Positions 27,277-37,189 of a stretch of DNA of 64,000 bases are shown here, in pieces. The translations under genes and the position numbers were made by a program. A model generated the notes under the pieces. The model was not told the DNA's origin, did not search any database, and saw only the letters and a list, made by a program, of their open reading frames with translations. The stretch comes from a virus (taxonomy: Duplodnaviria; Caudoviricetes). Location: the IMG/VR virus record IMGVR_UViG_2898615884_000001, positions 1 through 64,000 of that record; one strand, 5' to 3'. Positions within the stretch are counted from its first letter, which is position 1, and each line of letters starts with the position of its first letter.

Positions 27277-28959
27277 TCAGGCTCCCTTCGAGGTGGCGGG
27301 GACGGGGCGGGTGAACAGCGAGTCGAACTCGCTGGCGTCGGCCGCCGCGTCGGTTTCGCTACCCGGCGCGCCCGCGTCCTGGACGGGCACCAGGCCGGGC
27401 GCCAGCGACGCCAGCGCCTCCTTGGCGCCGGTCTCGTCCTTGTCCCAGTAGCTCTCCCAGTGGGGGCGGCGGACCGGCGGGAACTTCCCGGCCTTGATGG
27501 CGTCGTCGAGGGCGCGGTCGCGTGCCTCGCGGCGCTGCTGGGCGCGGGCGGCCACACCTTCCAGGGCCTGCTCGCGGAGTTCGGCGAGAGCGGCCTCGTC
27601 GATCGTGACGGTGCCGGGCGCGAGCGTCTCGGCGGGGTCGGTGGCGGGGGCGGCCGGGGCGTCGCCGCCTTCACCCTCGGGGTCGGCCGGGGCCTGGTCC
27701 TCGGGGTCGCCGGCGGGCGCCGGTGGGGTGGGCGTGATGCCCTGGGTGGTGAGGGCGGTCCTCACCTCGTCGTCGGTGGCCTCGGGAGAGAGCCCCAGGG
27801 CCTGACGGAGCAGAGCCGCATCCATGGGCTCTCCCTCCTGGTTGTGGTTACCCTCGACCGCGGTCGCGGCAGGGGGGTCTGTGTGCGCCTGCTCGGCGGG
27901 CGCGGGGTCCGGCTCGGCGCCGTCCGGGTCGGCTGCCTGCGGCTCGGTGGCCGTGTCCTCGGTCGTGTTCTCGGTCGCGTCCTGGCCTTCGGCTGCTGCG
28001 GCCGGGCGGTCACTGGGACGCGACTCGGCGCGCGAGGCATACCGCAGCACCGGCGGCCGCGACGACGCGGCAGCGACCGCCGCGACCCCGGCAGGGGCGT
28101 CCTCGTACCGCACCACGACCTTGACCGGATCGGCGAAGGTCACAGCATCCTCGCCGTCACCCTCACCGATGGTGACCGGCACCCGCGACAGGCCACCGGT
28201 GGAGTCGTCCATCACGATCAGCTGCAGGTCGGGGCCGAGCTGCATCTCACAAATCCAGACGTCCCAGCCCGAGCCGTACTCGGAGCTGTAGAACGCGCGG
28301 CGGACGTCATCGGTGGAGACGCCCGCCCGGACTGTGGCGGGGTTGGGGTTGGGCACGGCGTCCTCCCGGGCGGCGTGGGTAGTGGACGAGGCGGCGGCGC
28401 GGATCGTCACGGCGACCGGCACCCCGGCTCCGGCCGGATCAGTAGCGGCGGCGACGTCGTACAGCGCGGCGACGTCCTGGAGGGACTGCAGCGTCCCGAT
28501 CCCCGGAGGGACCACGCCGAGCAGCGCGACAGCGGTGATCACGAACGGGTGGGTGTGGCCGAGCTGGCACCGGTGGTCGTACCGGCCCTCAATGGACCGG
28601 TCGGGGTAGGCGGACGCCAGGAACTGCCCGTCCATCCAGGCGGGCATCCCGGCGTAGTCCCCGACCAATGTCTGGCCGCCCTCGACGGTGGCCATGTTCG
28701 CGATGTAGCCGACGGCGGGTTCGCCGTCCCAGCGCTGCCCGTTCTCGTCAGGGTCGGGCTCAGCGTGGCCGAGCTTGAGGACCGGGCGACGGACGGCCGG
28801 GCAGTCGAGGGCGGCGACAGCGGCGGCGAGGTCCCCGGCGGTGAAGTTGGCGATGCCGGTGGAGATCGGCCACTGCCCGACGTGCATGAGCTCCACGTTG
28901 GGGACCGTGACGAGCGCGGGCGGCACGGTCACCGTGACCTCGGGCGCCGGGTCGGTCAT
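27277..28959 (-). CDS. Capsid maturation protease plus scaffold (Mu I/Z-like)
   Basis: VELMHVGQW, PVLKLGH, YPDRSIEG, ITAVALLGVVPPGI; C-terminal LRQALGL scaffold region. Confidence 0.8.
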   Translation of the reverse strand: MTDPAPEVTVTVPPALVTVPNVELMHVGQWPISTGIANFTAGDLAAAVAALDCPAVRRPVLKLGHAEPDPDENGQRWDGEPAVGYIANMATVEGGQTLVGDYAGMPAWMDGQFLASAYPDRSIEGRYDHRCQLGHTHPFVITAVALLGVVPPGIGTLQSLQDVAALYDVAAATDPAGAGVPVAVTIRAAASSTTHAAREDAVPNPNPATVRAGVSTDDVRRAFYSSEYGSGWDVWICEMQLGPDLQLIVMDDSTGGLSRVPVTIGEGDGEDAVTFADPVKVVVRYEDAPAGVAAVAAASSRPPVLRYASRAESRPSDRPAAAAEGQDATENTTEDTATEPQAADPDGAEPDPAPAEQAHTDPPAATAVEGNHNQEGEPMDAALLRQALGLSPEATDDEVRTALTTQGITPTPPAPAGDPEDQAPADPEGEGGDAPAAPATDPAETLAPGTVTIDEAALAELREQALEGVAARAQQRREARDRALDDAIKAGKFPPVRRPHWESYWDKDETGAKEALASLAPGLVPVQDAGAPGSETDAAADASEFDSLFTRPVPATSKGA

Positions 28960-31334
28960 GAGTCCGGCCAGACCGCGACAAGCACGCCGCGGCACCGCAG
29001 GCGGCCGAGACATTCGATGTAGCCGCCCGCCGCGTAGGCGGCGCCTGCCGCCTCACGGGAGTCGAACTCTGTGCCATCGATCTCGACGCAGTTCTTGCAG
29101 GTGCCGGTGTCCAGGACTTCCGACGCGACGTAGGTGGCCTCACCGGCGTCCATGAGGGTGGCCCAGCGGCCGTGCGCCTGGGCGGCCCACAGCGCCCCGC
29201 CGAGCTGCTCACGCGGCCACGCATCCGTCAGCCCCTCCATATGGGAGCGGACCAGCCCGGCGACGTCCTCGCCCGACGCGCCGGGAGTCCAAACGCGTAG
29301 GGCTTCCCGCCCGGCCGCGTCCGCCGTGGCAGAACCCATCAGCGCGGCGATGGTGTCGGCCAGCGCACGGAGTGCGTCCTCGTCCAGTTCGGGCGTGGCC
29401 AGGTCGACACCTTGGGACGCGGCCTCGGCCACGACCTGCCCGGCGCCGGTCGAGGCCATCGCCAGCAGGGCGGGCGCCAGGACCTCGGCCGCGGCGGAGG
29501 TGTCGAGGGTGAGCGCAGCGAGCTGCGCCGTCTCCGCCGCCACGACGGCGGCAGCGACCTGTTCGACGAGCGCGTCGGTCTGCGCGGCCTGCACCGCCGC
29601 CCACGCGGCGAGGAGATCCTCCAGCGCGGCGTCGTGGTCGGAGGCGATCTGGTCGGGGTCCATCCCGGCGGCGGCCTCGACGGTGGTGAGCTGCCGATGC
29701 CCGGCTGCGCTGTCACCCGCCGCCCGAACATCGCCGCGCCGCGCCGTGCGCCTGCGGGGGCTGGCGCCGCGCGGCTGAGCGGCGGCTCGCGCGGGCGGCG
29801 CAGGCGGCGCGGCGCCGGCGTCGGGGAGCCTGGCGCCGGCGCCCTGCGGAAGGGCAGGCAGGCCGAGCCGCGCGCGGCGCTCATCGACGGTCAAAAACGC
29901 TTCGCCGCGCGCGGTCGCCGCCGCGCGTGCCTGCACCTGCGGCGCCGTCGGCGCGGTCTCGGTGTCGGGTGGCGGCGCGTACCGCAGGTTGCTCGGCGTC
30001 GGAAGCTGGGCCCCCGCACCGCCTGGCAGCGGCGGCAGATTGATCTGCGCGCGGCGCTCGTCCACCGTGAGGATGCCGTAATCCAGGTCGTAGGCGTACG
30101 ACCGCTCCGCCGTGGCGATGTCGTCCCGCTTGCGCTTGGGCAGCCGGTAGGTGCCGCGCAGGTACGCCTCCAGGTCGTCGTCGGGGTGGATGACCCCCGA
30201 GGACACCAGCCCCTGAAGGGCCTCGGCCGTGAGGTCGTGGCGGCGGCCCACGTCGGTGCACACGACCCTCGGCGCCGGCTCGTCCTCACCCCAATTCACG
30301 TCAACGAGGTCGGTGACGATCCCGGTCAGGCCGGGCTGCCCGGAGGTGGCGACGTCGGCGACCTCGTCCGCGACCGCCTGCAGCGACAGCAGGAACTGGT
30401 CGATGAACGATTCGCCCAGCGCGCGGCTTCCGGTCTGGGTCTGGCCGAGGTCGAGGAACCCCGCCAGGGCGAGGGTGGACATCTGCTGGTCGAGGTAGCG
30501 GACGAACTCGACGGTGTCCGGGACTGATCCGCTGAGGCCGGTGAGATTGACCTTGAAACCGTGCGGGACACCGACCCCGGCCTGGTCTCCGACTCGCATC
30601 GAGGACGCGAGCCGCTGCGCCTCCTGCACCTGCGCGGGCGTCGCGCCCGTGGGGGCCTCGACGTTCGGGACACCCATCCCGAACCGCCGGTTCGATGTGG
30701 CGTGCACACGCCACATCTCGTGTTTCAGCAGCCAAGGCCCGTAGGCGGCGCGGAGCAGAGACCGGCCGGTCCAGGTGGCGCCCTCCCGGTCATGCGCGTA
30801 CCACACCAGCCGGTTCGCGGTCATTGGTGTCGTCCACGCCAGGTCCTGGGTGACGCTTTGGATGGTGCCGTCGCGGTTCAGGTTGATCATCGCGAGCGTC
30901 CACGGCATCCGCTCGCCCAGGTTGATCAGCCGTGCGAGGCCGCCGCGGATCTCGTAGCGGCGCTCGAACACGGCGTGGCCGTAGACCAGGGACAGCAGGG
31001 CGAGGCGGAGATGCTCGGCCCAGGACACACCACGGCGGCGCGCCGGGCCAGGCACGGCGTCGGCGCCGAGGATCGGCACGCCGAGGTCGTCAGCCACGAC
31101 CTGGACGACCTCGTCGCGGCACCCGGCGGGATCGATGGCCCAGGTCGCGCGGCGGATCGGCAACGAGTAGGCCTTGAGAATCGCCGTGAGCTTGGGGTCG
31201 TGGCGCATCCGGGAGTACATCCGAACGCTGAGGGGCCAGGCCAGGTCGGGGACGAACTCGTTGACGTCGACCCACTGCGCGCCGACGACGTCGGCGAAGT
31301 CGATCGTTCCGAGGTCCTTCGTGGGTGGCGCCAT
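28956..31334 (-). CDS. Portal protein (DUF935/Mu gp29-like) fused to a MuF-like minor head domain
   Basis: YSRMRHDPKL, LLRAAYGPWLLK, GSRALG; C-terminal CKNC...CLGRLRCRG. Confidence 0.85.
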   Translation of the reverse strand: MAPPTKDLGTIDFADVVGAQWVDVNEFVPDLAWPLSVRMYSRMRHDPKLTAILKAYSLPIRRATWAIDPAGCRDEVVQVVADDLGVPILGADAVPGPARRRGVSWAEHLRLALLSLVYGHAVFERRYEIRGGLARLINLGERMPWTLAMINLNRDGTIQSVTQDLAWTTPMTANRLVWYAHDREGATWTGRSLLRAAYGPWLLKHEMWRVHATSNRRFGMGVPNVEAPTGATPAQVQEAQRLASSMRVGDQAGVGVPHGFKVNLTGLSGSVPDTVEFVRYLDQQMSTLALAGFLDLGQTQTGSRALGESFIDQFLLSLQAVADEVADVATSGQPGLTGIVTDLVDVNWGEDEPAPRVVCTDVGRRHDLTAEALQGLVSSGVIHPDDDLEAYLRGTYRLPKRKRDDIATAERSYAYDLDYGILTVDERRAQINLPPLPGGAGAQLPTPSNLRYAPPPDTETAPTAPQVQARAAATARGEAFLTVDERRARLGLPALPQGAGARLPDAGAAPPAPPARAAAQPRGASPRRRTARRGDVRAAGDSAAGHRQLTTVEAAAGMDPDQIASDHDAALEDLLAAWAAVQAAQTDALVEQVAAAVVAAETAQLAALTLDTSAAAEVLAPALLAMASTGAGQVVAEAASQGVDLATPELDEDALRALADTIAALMGSATADAAGREALRVWTPGASGEDVAGLVRSHMEGLTDAWPREQLGGALWAAQAHGRWATLMDAGEATYVASEVLDTGTCKNCVEIDGTEFDSREAAGAAYAAGGYIECLGRLRCRGVLVAVWPDS

Positions 31335-31443
31335 GCATTCACCCCCTGACCTGCGTGTTTAGTTTTGTTCTGCGGCGCAGTGACGGCGGGATGCCCCGAC
31401 CTCCCTTGCCCAGGGAGGTCAGGCGGTGATCGAGCTCAAGCGG

Positions 31444-33075
31444 TCACCAGTCCATCGACATGTAGTCGCCGGTGCGCGGCTCCGCCCCTGTGGAAGCCGT
31501 GTACGCCTGCCCGATCGCGCCGTCGTCCGCAGGTCCTGCTGTGCGGCGCTGGTCGACCTGGTCGGCGGTCTCCTGCGGCAGCCAGTGCGCCGCGACCACC
31601 CGCGCCGCATAGGAGAGGGTGTCGACCTGGTCGTCGTGTGCCGCAGATGGAAACGCAGCCAACTCGTCGCACCACTCGTCCAGCCAGTCCGCTTCAGCCG
31701 GGAACCACACCCGGCCCGCCTTCAACCGGGACGTCGCCGGGACCGCGCGGGTGACCTTGTCGGTGTCCGCCGCTACCGGCTCAACCGGCAGTCCGGCCTT
31801 CGTCGCGTCGATCACCATCGTGGAGCTGATGAACGACTTCTCCACGAATACCGTGGCCAGCGCCCACCGAGAGACCAGAGGCCGGGCCAGGTCCCAGTGG
31901 TCCTCCTCGACCACGCGCTTCCGGGCGCGGTCCAAAAGGATCAGGTCACCGTCCGGGCTGATCGCCCACGCCGACACAACCGTGTAGTCCGCCGACCGCT
32001 TCGTGGACGCGGCCAGATCGACCGTGGCCAATCGCCAGCAGTCATCCAGGAATACCGGCCGGCTGTCGAGGTCGACACGCCGACCATCGGCCGTGCCGTG
32101 CCTGCTCAGGTCGGCTGGCATCGGGTTCCAGTACCGGAAAGTCGAACGGCGGAACATGTTGCCTTCGGCGGCGACCGGGGTCTGCTGGTAGATGCTCCGC
32201 CACACGTACGGGGAGCGCACCTCTTGCAGCCCGTGGAAGTAGCCGGGCTTGCGGTCCTGGACGGAGACGAGTTCCTCGCCTGGGGCGCGGCCGAGCGGAT
32301 CAACGCCGTCGGCAACCCACACCGTCTTCGCTCGGCCGTCAGCGCCCTTGATCTGGACGCCCTTGCCCGCGACCGCCGGGATCGACACGACCCGCCACCG
32401 ACCCGGCTCGCGTGTCACCAGCCGCCCAGCAAGGTCGTCGCAGTGCCAGCGCGTCATCATCAAGCACACCTTGAAGCGCGACGATCCTCGGGTTGAGCCG
32501 TTGGACTCCCACCAGTCCCAGGCGGCATCGCGGTAGGTCGCGGACTCTGCTTCGGCTCGACCGCGGAACGGGTCGTCAATGATCAGCACATCGACTTTTT
32601 CGCCGGTGATCCCGCCCGCGATCCCGGCGCATATGACGCCGCCGCCATCTTCGGTCTCCCAGTACCCGGCCGCCCGGGTGTCTTTCCTCAGCCGGATCCC
32701 GAGCTGCGGGTTGTCAGCCGCGTCACGGCGGATGGCCTTGCCCCAGCGGAGCGCCTTGTTGTCGTTGTAGGAGACGATCCCGATGCGCAAGGTCTTGTCG
32801 TGCGCGAGAAGCCAGAGCGGAAACCTTCTGGATACTCTCTGTGATTTCCCCTCTTGAGGGGGGCAGTAGAGCTGGAGGCGGTCGGTGTCGCCGTCGGCGA
32901 GCTCGACCAGCTCGCGGTCGATGAGGTCGAGCGCGGCGGTCTGCCGGGTGGCGCGGTCGATCGCGCGGGCGAGCTGCCCGGGTGTCGACCACCGGCGGCC
33001 TCGGGGCGGGGGTGGCGGCTCGAAGTGCGCCAGGATCGCTGCGGCGACACCTTGGACGGGGTCGAGGACGGTCAT
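31444..33075 (-). CDS. terL: Terminase large subunit
   Basis: Walker A-like PPQEGKS, LIIDDP, LMMTRWH, nuclease motif FPSAAHDDQVD. Confidence 0.95.
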   Translation of the reverse strand: MTVLDPVQGVAAAILAHFEPPPPPRGRRWSTPGQLARAIDRATRQTAALDLIDRELVELADGDTDRLQLYCPPQEGKSQRVSRRFPLWLLAHDKTLRIGIVSYNDNKALRWGKAIRRDAADNPQLGIRLRKDTRAAGYWETEDGGGVICAGIAGGITGEKVDVLIIDDPFRGRAEAESATYRDAAWDWWESNGSTRGSSRFKVCLMMTRWHCDDLAGRLVTREPGRWRVVSIPAVAGKGVQIKGADGRAKTVWVADGVDPLGRAPGEELVSVQDRKPGYFHGLQEVRSPYVWRSIYQQTPVAAEGNMFRRSTFRYWNPMPADLSRHGTADGRRVDLDSRPVFLDDCWRLATVDLAASTKRSADYTVVSAWAISPDGDLILLDRARKRVVEEDHWDLARPLVSRWALATVFVEKSFISSTMVIDATKAGLPVEPVAADTDKVTRAVPATSRLKAGRVWFPAEADWLDEWCDELAAFPSAAHDDQVDTLSYAARVVAAHWLPQETADQVDQRRTAGPADDGAIGQAYTASTGAEPRTGDYMSMDW

Positions 33076-33401
33076 GTGTCCTGCACCCACAGGACGCCGT
33101 AGAGGGCGGTCTTGTGCTGGCCTGATCGCGTCGCGGTCAGCTTCCACCAGCGCGCGCCGGCCGTCGCGACCGCGGAGGCGGGGACGTCCGCCTCGCATTC
33201 CCCGGCGGCCGCGTCGGTGACGGCCGCGGTGAGGGTGACCACGGTGGCGTCTTCGTCGTCGGTGTCCTTCGACGGTTTGATCAGCATCCGCACCGCCGCG
33301 CCGGCCAGGTTCGCCGGGGCCTGGGCGTCGTCGTCGGTGACGGTGAACGCGAAGCTCTGGTCGTCGCCCTGGACCAGGGTCAGTTCGAGGTAGACCGCCA
33401 C
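33072..33401 (-). CDS. BppU N-terminal-like structural protein
   Basis: LVQGDDQSFAFTVTD...NLAGAAVRMLIK; ATGA coupling to terL. Confidence 0.65.
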   Translation of the reverse strand: MAVYLELTLVQGDDQSFAFTVTDDDAQAPANLAGAAVRMLIKPSKDTDDEDATVVTLTAAVTDAAAGECEADVPASAVATAGARWWKLTATRSGQHKTALYGVLWVQDT

Positions 33402-33411
33402 GCCGTCCTCC

Positions 33412-35088
33412 TCACCGCAGGTGTCCGGACAGGGCGCCGCGCACCGTCGCGGTCCCGCTGAGCTGGCCGGCGACGCGGGCGGTCCCGGCGAGGTCGGGCA
33501 GGGGCGGCACCCCGGGCAGGTGGGCGCTGACGGTGTCGGTCAGGGTGATCGTGTCGCTGGCCGGCCTGGTGAGGTGCCCTCCGGCGGACAGCAGGTCGGG
33601 CAGGGCTAGGAGGTCGGTGGCCGCTCGGGTGAGGTCGCTGGTCCGGGTCGGCGCGTCGGTGGTGGTGATGCTGTCGCCGGAGCCGCGGGCGGTGGCGGTG
33701 GAGCCGGCCACCGCGTCGAGGAGCGTCGCGGTGTCGGCCGCGGCGGCACCGCGCCCGGATGTGGGGGTGGCGGTGTCGCCGGCGGTGACCGTGTCGCTGC
33801 CGTCGCGTCCCTGGGCGCTGGCCGGGGAGGCGAGGTCGGTGGCGGTGAGGGTGTCGCCGGTCGGGCGCTGGTAGGTGACCTGGAGGTCGGTGGTGTCGGC
33901 TGCGGTGAGGGTGTCGGTCGCGGTCGCGCCCCGGCCGGTGCCGGCGGTGGCTTGGTCTGCCGTGGTTGTGGTGTCGCTGCTGGCGCGCGCCGCGGCGAGA
34001 GCACCGGCGGCGGTGTCGGCTGCGGCGGCGGAATCGGTGGCTGCACGTCCTGATGCGGTGGCCGCTGCGGCGGCGTCGGCGCCAGTGAGGTTGTCGCTGG
34101 CGATGAGGGTCGAGATCGTTGTCCGGGTAGCGGCGTCGGCGGTGGTCGCGGTGTCGGCCGCCGGGCGGGCGAGGACGACGGCCGCGGCGCAGCCGTCGGA
34201 AAGGTTGGCCGTGTCGCCGGTGGCGCGGGGGGCGGTGGCCTGCCGGGCGGAACTGTCGGCGACGGTCAAGGCGTCGGCGGCTGCCCTGGGCGCGGCGGCC
34301 GTGCGCGCGGCGGCGTCGGCGAGCGCCGCGGTATCGGTGGCCGCGCGGGCGGTTTGGACGGTGCGGGCAGGGCTGTCGGCCAGGGTGGCGGAGTCGGTGG
34401 CGGATCGGCTGGACGACCCGCCCCCTCCGGCGGCGAGGATGGCCAGGGACCAGGTGGTGACGCCGGACGAGGCGACGTTGCCGACCAGGTCTGGTGGGGT
34501 GACCGGGGTGCCGGAGGGGTTGGTGGCGGCGAGGCCGTCATCGGCGATGCCGGTGATGGTGCCGCCGGAGCCGAGCGCGAGGCTGTCGGAGTCGACGCGT
34601 TTGGTCCACCCGCTGGTGGTGATGGCGGTGGACCCGGTGGACTGCCGTTCGCCGATCATGGAGGCGATCGCGCATCCGGCGGCCGTCGGGGTGACGGCGG
34701 GGCACGGGTGGCTGGTGACGGCGGACGCGCCCTCGTTGCGGCTGGTGATGGCGTTGACCGGGGTGGTGTTGTCGACGCCCCGGTAGACCGTCACGGAGAA
34801 GGTCTGCCGGTTGGTGCCGTTCATGGTCCCGGAGATGTTGCCGGACTCGCTGCCGGTGCAGACGCGGTAGTAGACGCGGGTGCGTAGCGACCCTTGGGAG
34901 GAGACGACCGCTGCGGCGGCGGCCGTCCAGCCGGATGGGTCGCTGGTGACGGTGTTGCCCGACGACTGCGACCAGATGAGCAGGGCCACGTCCCCGGACG
35001 CGGGCGTCGCCGACAGCGACGACCAGGCGAGGTTCAGGGTGGCGACATTCCCGCCGGCACTGCCGCCCCCGACGTAGGAGATCGCCAC
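33412..35088 (-). CDS. Fibre-like structural protein: beta head domain plus about 15 repeats of 20 aa
   Basis: N-domain resembles those in 10427-13033; repeats such as RAATDTAALADAAARTAAAP with Asp at positions 5 and 11. Confidence 0.75.
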   Translation of the reverse strand: MAISYVGGGSAGGNVATLNLAWSSLSATPASGDVALLIWSQSSGNTVTSDPSGWTAAAAAVVSSQGSLRTRVYYRVCTGSESGNISGTMNGTNRQTFSVTVYRGVDNTTPVNAITSRNEGASAVTSHPCPAVTPTAAGCAIASMIGERQSTGSTAITTSGWTKRVDSDSLALGSGGTITGIADDGLAATNPSGTPVTPPDLVGNVASSGVTTWSLAILAAGGGGSSSRSATDSATLADSPARTVQTARAATDTAALADAAARTAAAPRAAADALTVADSSARQATAPRATGDTANLSDGCAAAVVLARPAADTATTADAATRTTISTLIASDNLTGADAAAAATASGRAATDSAAAADTAAGALAAARASSDTTTTADQATAGTGRGATATDTLTAADTTDLQVTYQRPTGDTLTATDLASPASAQGRDGSDTVTAGDTATPTSGRGAAAADTATLLDAVAGSTATARGSGDSITTTDAPTRTSDLTRAATDLLALPDLLSAGGHLTRPASDTITLTDTVSAHLPGVPPLPDLAGTARVAGQLSGTATVRGALSGHLR

Positions 35089-35104
35089 GGTCGCAGGTAG
35101 GGCG

Positions 35105-35497
35105 CTAGCTCGCGGTGATCGTCTCGGTGATCGTCAGCGCGTCGCCGGACGCCGAGAGCGTGGCGGTGGCCGACAGCAGCGTCTCGTACACCATGGTCCC
35201 GGAGCTGCTGGCGTTGAACACACCGATCTTCGCCACCGTCACCGGAAGTGAATCCGAGCCGTTCGCGGTGAACGTCTTGGTCAGCGTGGCGGTGGCCTGA
35301 CCGTTGGTGTGGGCGTAGGTCGCCTGCGCCCGGATCAGGCCGCCGCTCGCGGTGGTGATCTCCCCGGTGAGGGTGGTGTCGGAGGCGGAGGGGGCGGTGG
35401 AGTTCGCGGTCAGCGCGATGTAGTTCGCGGCGGCGGGTTGGGTGCTGGTGGTGAAGCAGGCCGCGAGGACGTGGTCGCGGCCGCCGTTGGTGAGCAC
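35105..35497 (-). CDS. Putative structural protein
   Basis: LTNGGRDHV...YIALTANSTAPSASDTTLTGEI...KIGVFNASSSGTM, a pattern seen in phage fibre-associated proteins. Confidence 0.65.
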   Translation of the reverse strand: MLTNGGRDHVLAACFTTSTQPAAANYIALTANSTAPSASDTTLTGEITTASGGLIRAQATYAHTNGQATATLTKTFTANGSDSLPVTVAKIGVFNASSSGTMVYETLLSATATLSASGDALTITETITAS

Positions 35498-35500
35498 CGG

Positions 35501-35836
35501 TCAGACCTCCTCAGCCTCGGCGCCGGCGTCGGCGGCGGCGGGCTGGTCGGGTTCGGGGTCGCGGACCTCGCAGCCGTAATGCGCGGCCAGCAGTTGCGCG
35601 AGCGCCGGGTCGGTGGACGCGACCCACGCGGGGGCGCTGTCGGAGTGGTAGGCCCACACGCCGCGGGGCGCGGTGATCGTGGCGAAGATCTCGGCCATCG
35701 AGGTTCCGGCGGGGGGCTGCACGGTGGTGCAGCGGTTCCCGGGCAGGGGGGTGCGGGTCTCGCGGCCGTGGTCGTCGTGGGTGACTTCGACGGCGTCGCG
35801 GTTGCCGAGGTAGACGGTGGTCTGCTCGTCGGGCAT
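35501..35836 (-). CDS. Hypothetical protein, first gene of the late operon
   Basis: RBS GAGGA before ATG 35836 (MPDEQTTV). Confidence 0.65.
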   Translation of the reverse strand: MPDEQTTVYLGNRDAVEVTHDDHGRETRTPLPGNRCTTVQPPAGTSMAEIFATITAPRGVWAYHSDSAPAWVASTDPALAQLLAAHYGCEVRDPEPDQPAAADAGAEAEEV

Positions 35837-35990
35837 GGGGTTCCTCGCAGGCGGTCGGTGGTGCTGGGCGGCCGACGGCAGCAGACCGGGGTGGCCGTGT
35901 CTCCGGGGGGAAGGAGAAAGGCCCGGGAGCCGGTGGCTCGACCTGGGCCTTGGGGGTGTGGCGACAGAGCACCACATTGAGGAGAGGGTC

Positions 35991-36251
35991 TCACAAATAG
36001 TGATCGGTGAACAAGCTGGCGGGGTGTGTCTTGCGAGGTCGTCCGCGTTTGGTGGCGTGGGTGTCGGCTTCGGTTTGCAGTGCGTCACCGAAGCGGATGA
36101 GGAGTTGGCCGCGGTCGTTGCGGCCGCGTGGGGTGATCTTGTTGCGGCGGACCCATTGGTCGATGGCGCCGTAGGAGACCTGGCCGTCGAAGAAGGTGAC
36201 GAGTTCGGGGATGGTGAGGAGCGCGTCGCGGTTGAGGTCGGTGCCGCTCAT
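35991..36251 (-). CDS. HTH DNA-binding protein (possible late regulator)
   Basis: LLTIPELVTFFDGQVSYGAIDQWVRRNKI; basic RGRPRK tail. Confidence 0.65.
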   Translation of the reverse strand: MSGTDLNRDALLTIPELVTFFDGQVSYGAIDQWVRRNKITPRGRNDRGQLLIRFGDALQTEADTHATKRGRPRKTHPASLFTDHYL

Positions 36252-36457
36252 GGGCTCAGGGTAGATCTTCGCCCCGGGTGTGACCGGCGGTGATGCCGCG
36301 TCGGGGTTTTCCCGGATGGGTGTCCGTGGTTCCACGGTGGCCGGATGGTGACAGCCGAGTAGTAGCCGTGAACGCGCTGTGAACGTGCCGCGTCCTACCC
36401 CTACCGTTTCGACCGCCCCCCGCCGAGGCTCGGATCACGACAGAAGGAAACCCTCAC

Positions 36458-36934
36458 ATGCGCCTCACGATCATCCTGCCCGTCGCCGCCGCTCTGGTGT
36501 TCGGTGCGACCGCGTGCGACCCGGCCGCGCAGGACCCGGTCGCCGTGCAGTCCACCGAGTCGGGCAAGGGCGCCACCGGGAAGGGCAAGCCGAAGAGCGC
36601 GGTGCCGATCAAGCTGGTCGCCAAGCGCGCGACCGCGACGAAGAGCGTGCTGTCGAGCGGTGGTGCGCTGACGTGCGTGAAGGTGACGGTGACGAACCAG
36701 GGGAAGAAGCAGCTGGAGGTCAACCCGCTGTACTTCTCGATCACCGACACCGGCGGCACCAAGCACTCGACCGATCAGGTGATGGGCGAGTACGAGAACG
36801 CGATCGACACCACGCAGTTGGCGCCGGGTGAGAAGGCGACGGGGATGGTGTGTGGGAAGGGCCGGTTCACGCCGAAGACGGTGGCGATGACGAACGCGTT
36901 GTTCTCCGAGGCCGCGCGGGCGCAGGTCGCCTGA
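36458..36934 (+). CDS. DUF4352-like lipoprotein
   Basis: Lipobox GATAC; VKVTVTNQG, NPLYFSITD, LAPGEKATG; RBS GAAGGA. Confidence 0.8.
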   Translation: MRLTIILPVAAALVFGATACDPAAQDPVAVQSTESGKGATGKGKPKSAVPIKLVAKRATATKSVLSSGGALTCVKVTVTNQGKKQLEVNPLYFSITDTGGTKHSTDQVMGEYENAIDTTQLAPGEKATGMVCGKGRFTPKTVAMTNALFSEAARAQVA

Positions 36935-36979
36935 CGCTGACGTTCGGATGGCGGGGTGTCTCCGCGCGGGCGCCCCGCC

Positions 36980-37189
36980 TCAGGTCTTCGCCGCCGTCTC
37001 GTTGGCCAGATCCGCGAGCCTCTGCGCGGCGGCTCCGATGTCGCGGACGACCCAGGCGGGCAGGGAGTCCAGCGCGAGCCGGGCGCGTTCCTCCAGCGGT
37101 AGGGCTTCCGGTGTGCCGCGCATCGCGTCGTTGAACACGGAGATCAGCCCGGTCACGCGCGGGATGTCGAGCCCGAGCCGCACGCTCAC
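36980..37189 (-). CDS. Hypothetical protein
   Basis: GTGA overlap with the upstream gene. Confidence 0.5.
   Translation of the reverse strand: MSVRLGLDIPRVTGLISVFNDAMRGTPEALPLEERARLALDSLPAWVVRDIGAAAQRLADLANETAAKT

Noticed and set aside
24929-29022. Plus-strand ORFs of 646 and 718 aa over the capsid and protease genes
   Set aside because: Shadow frames of well-supported minus-strand structural genes
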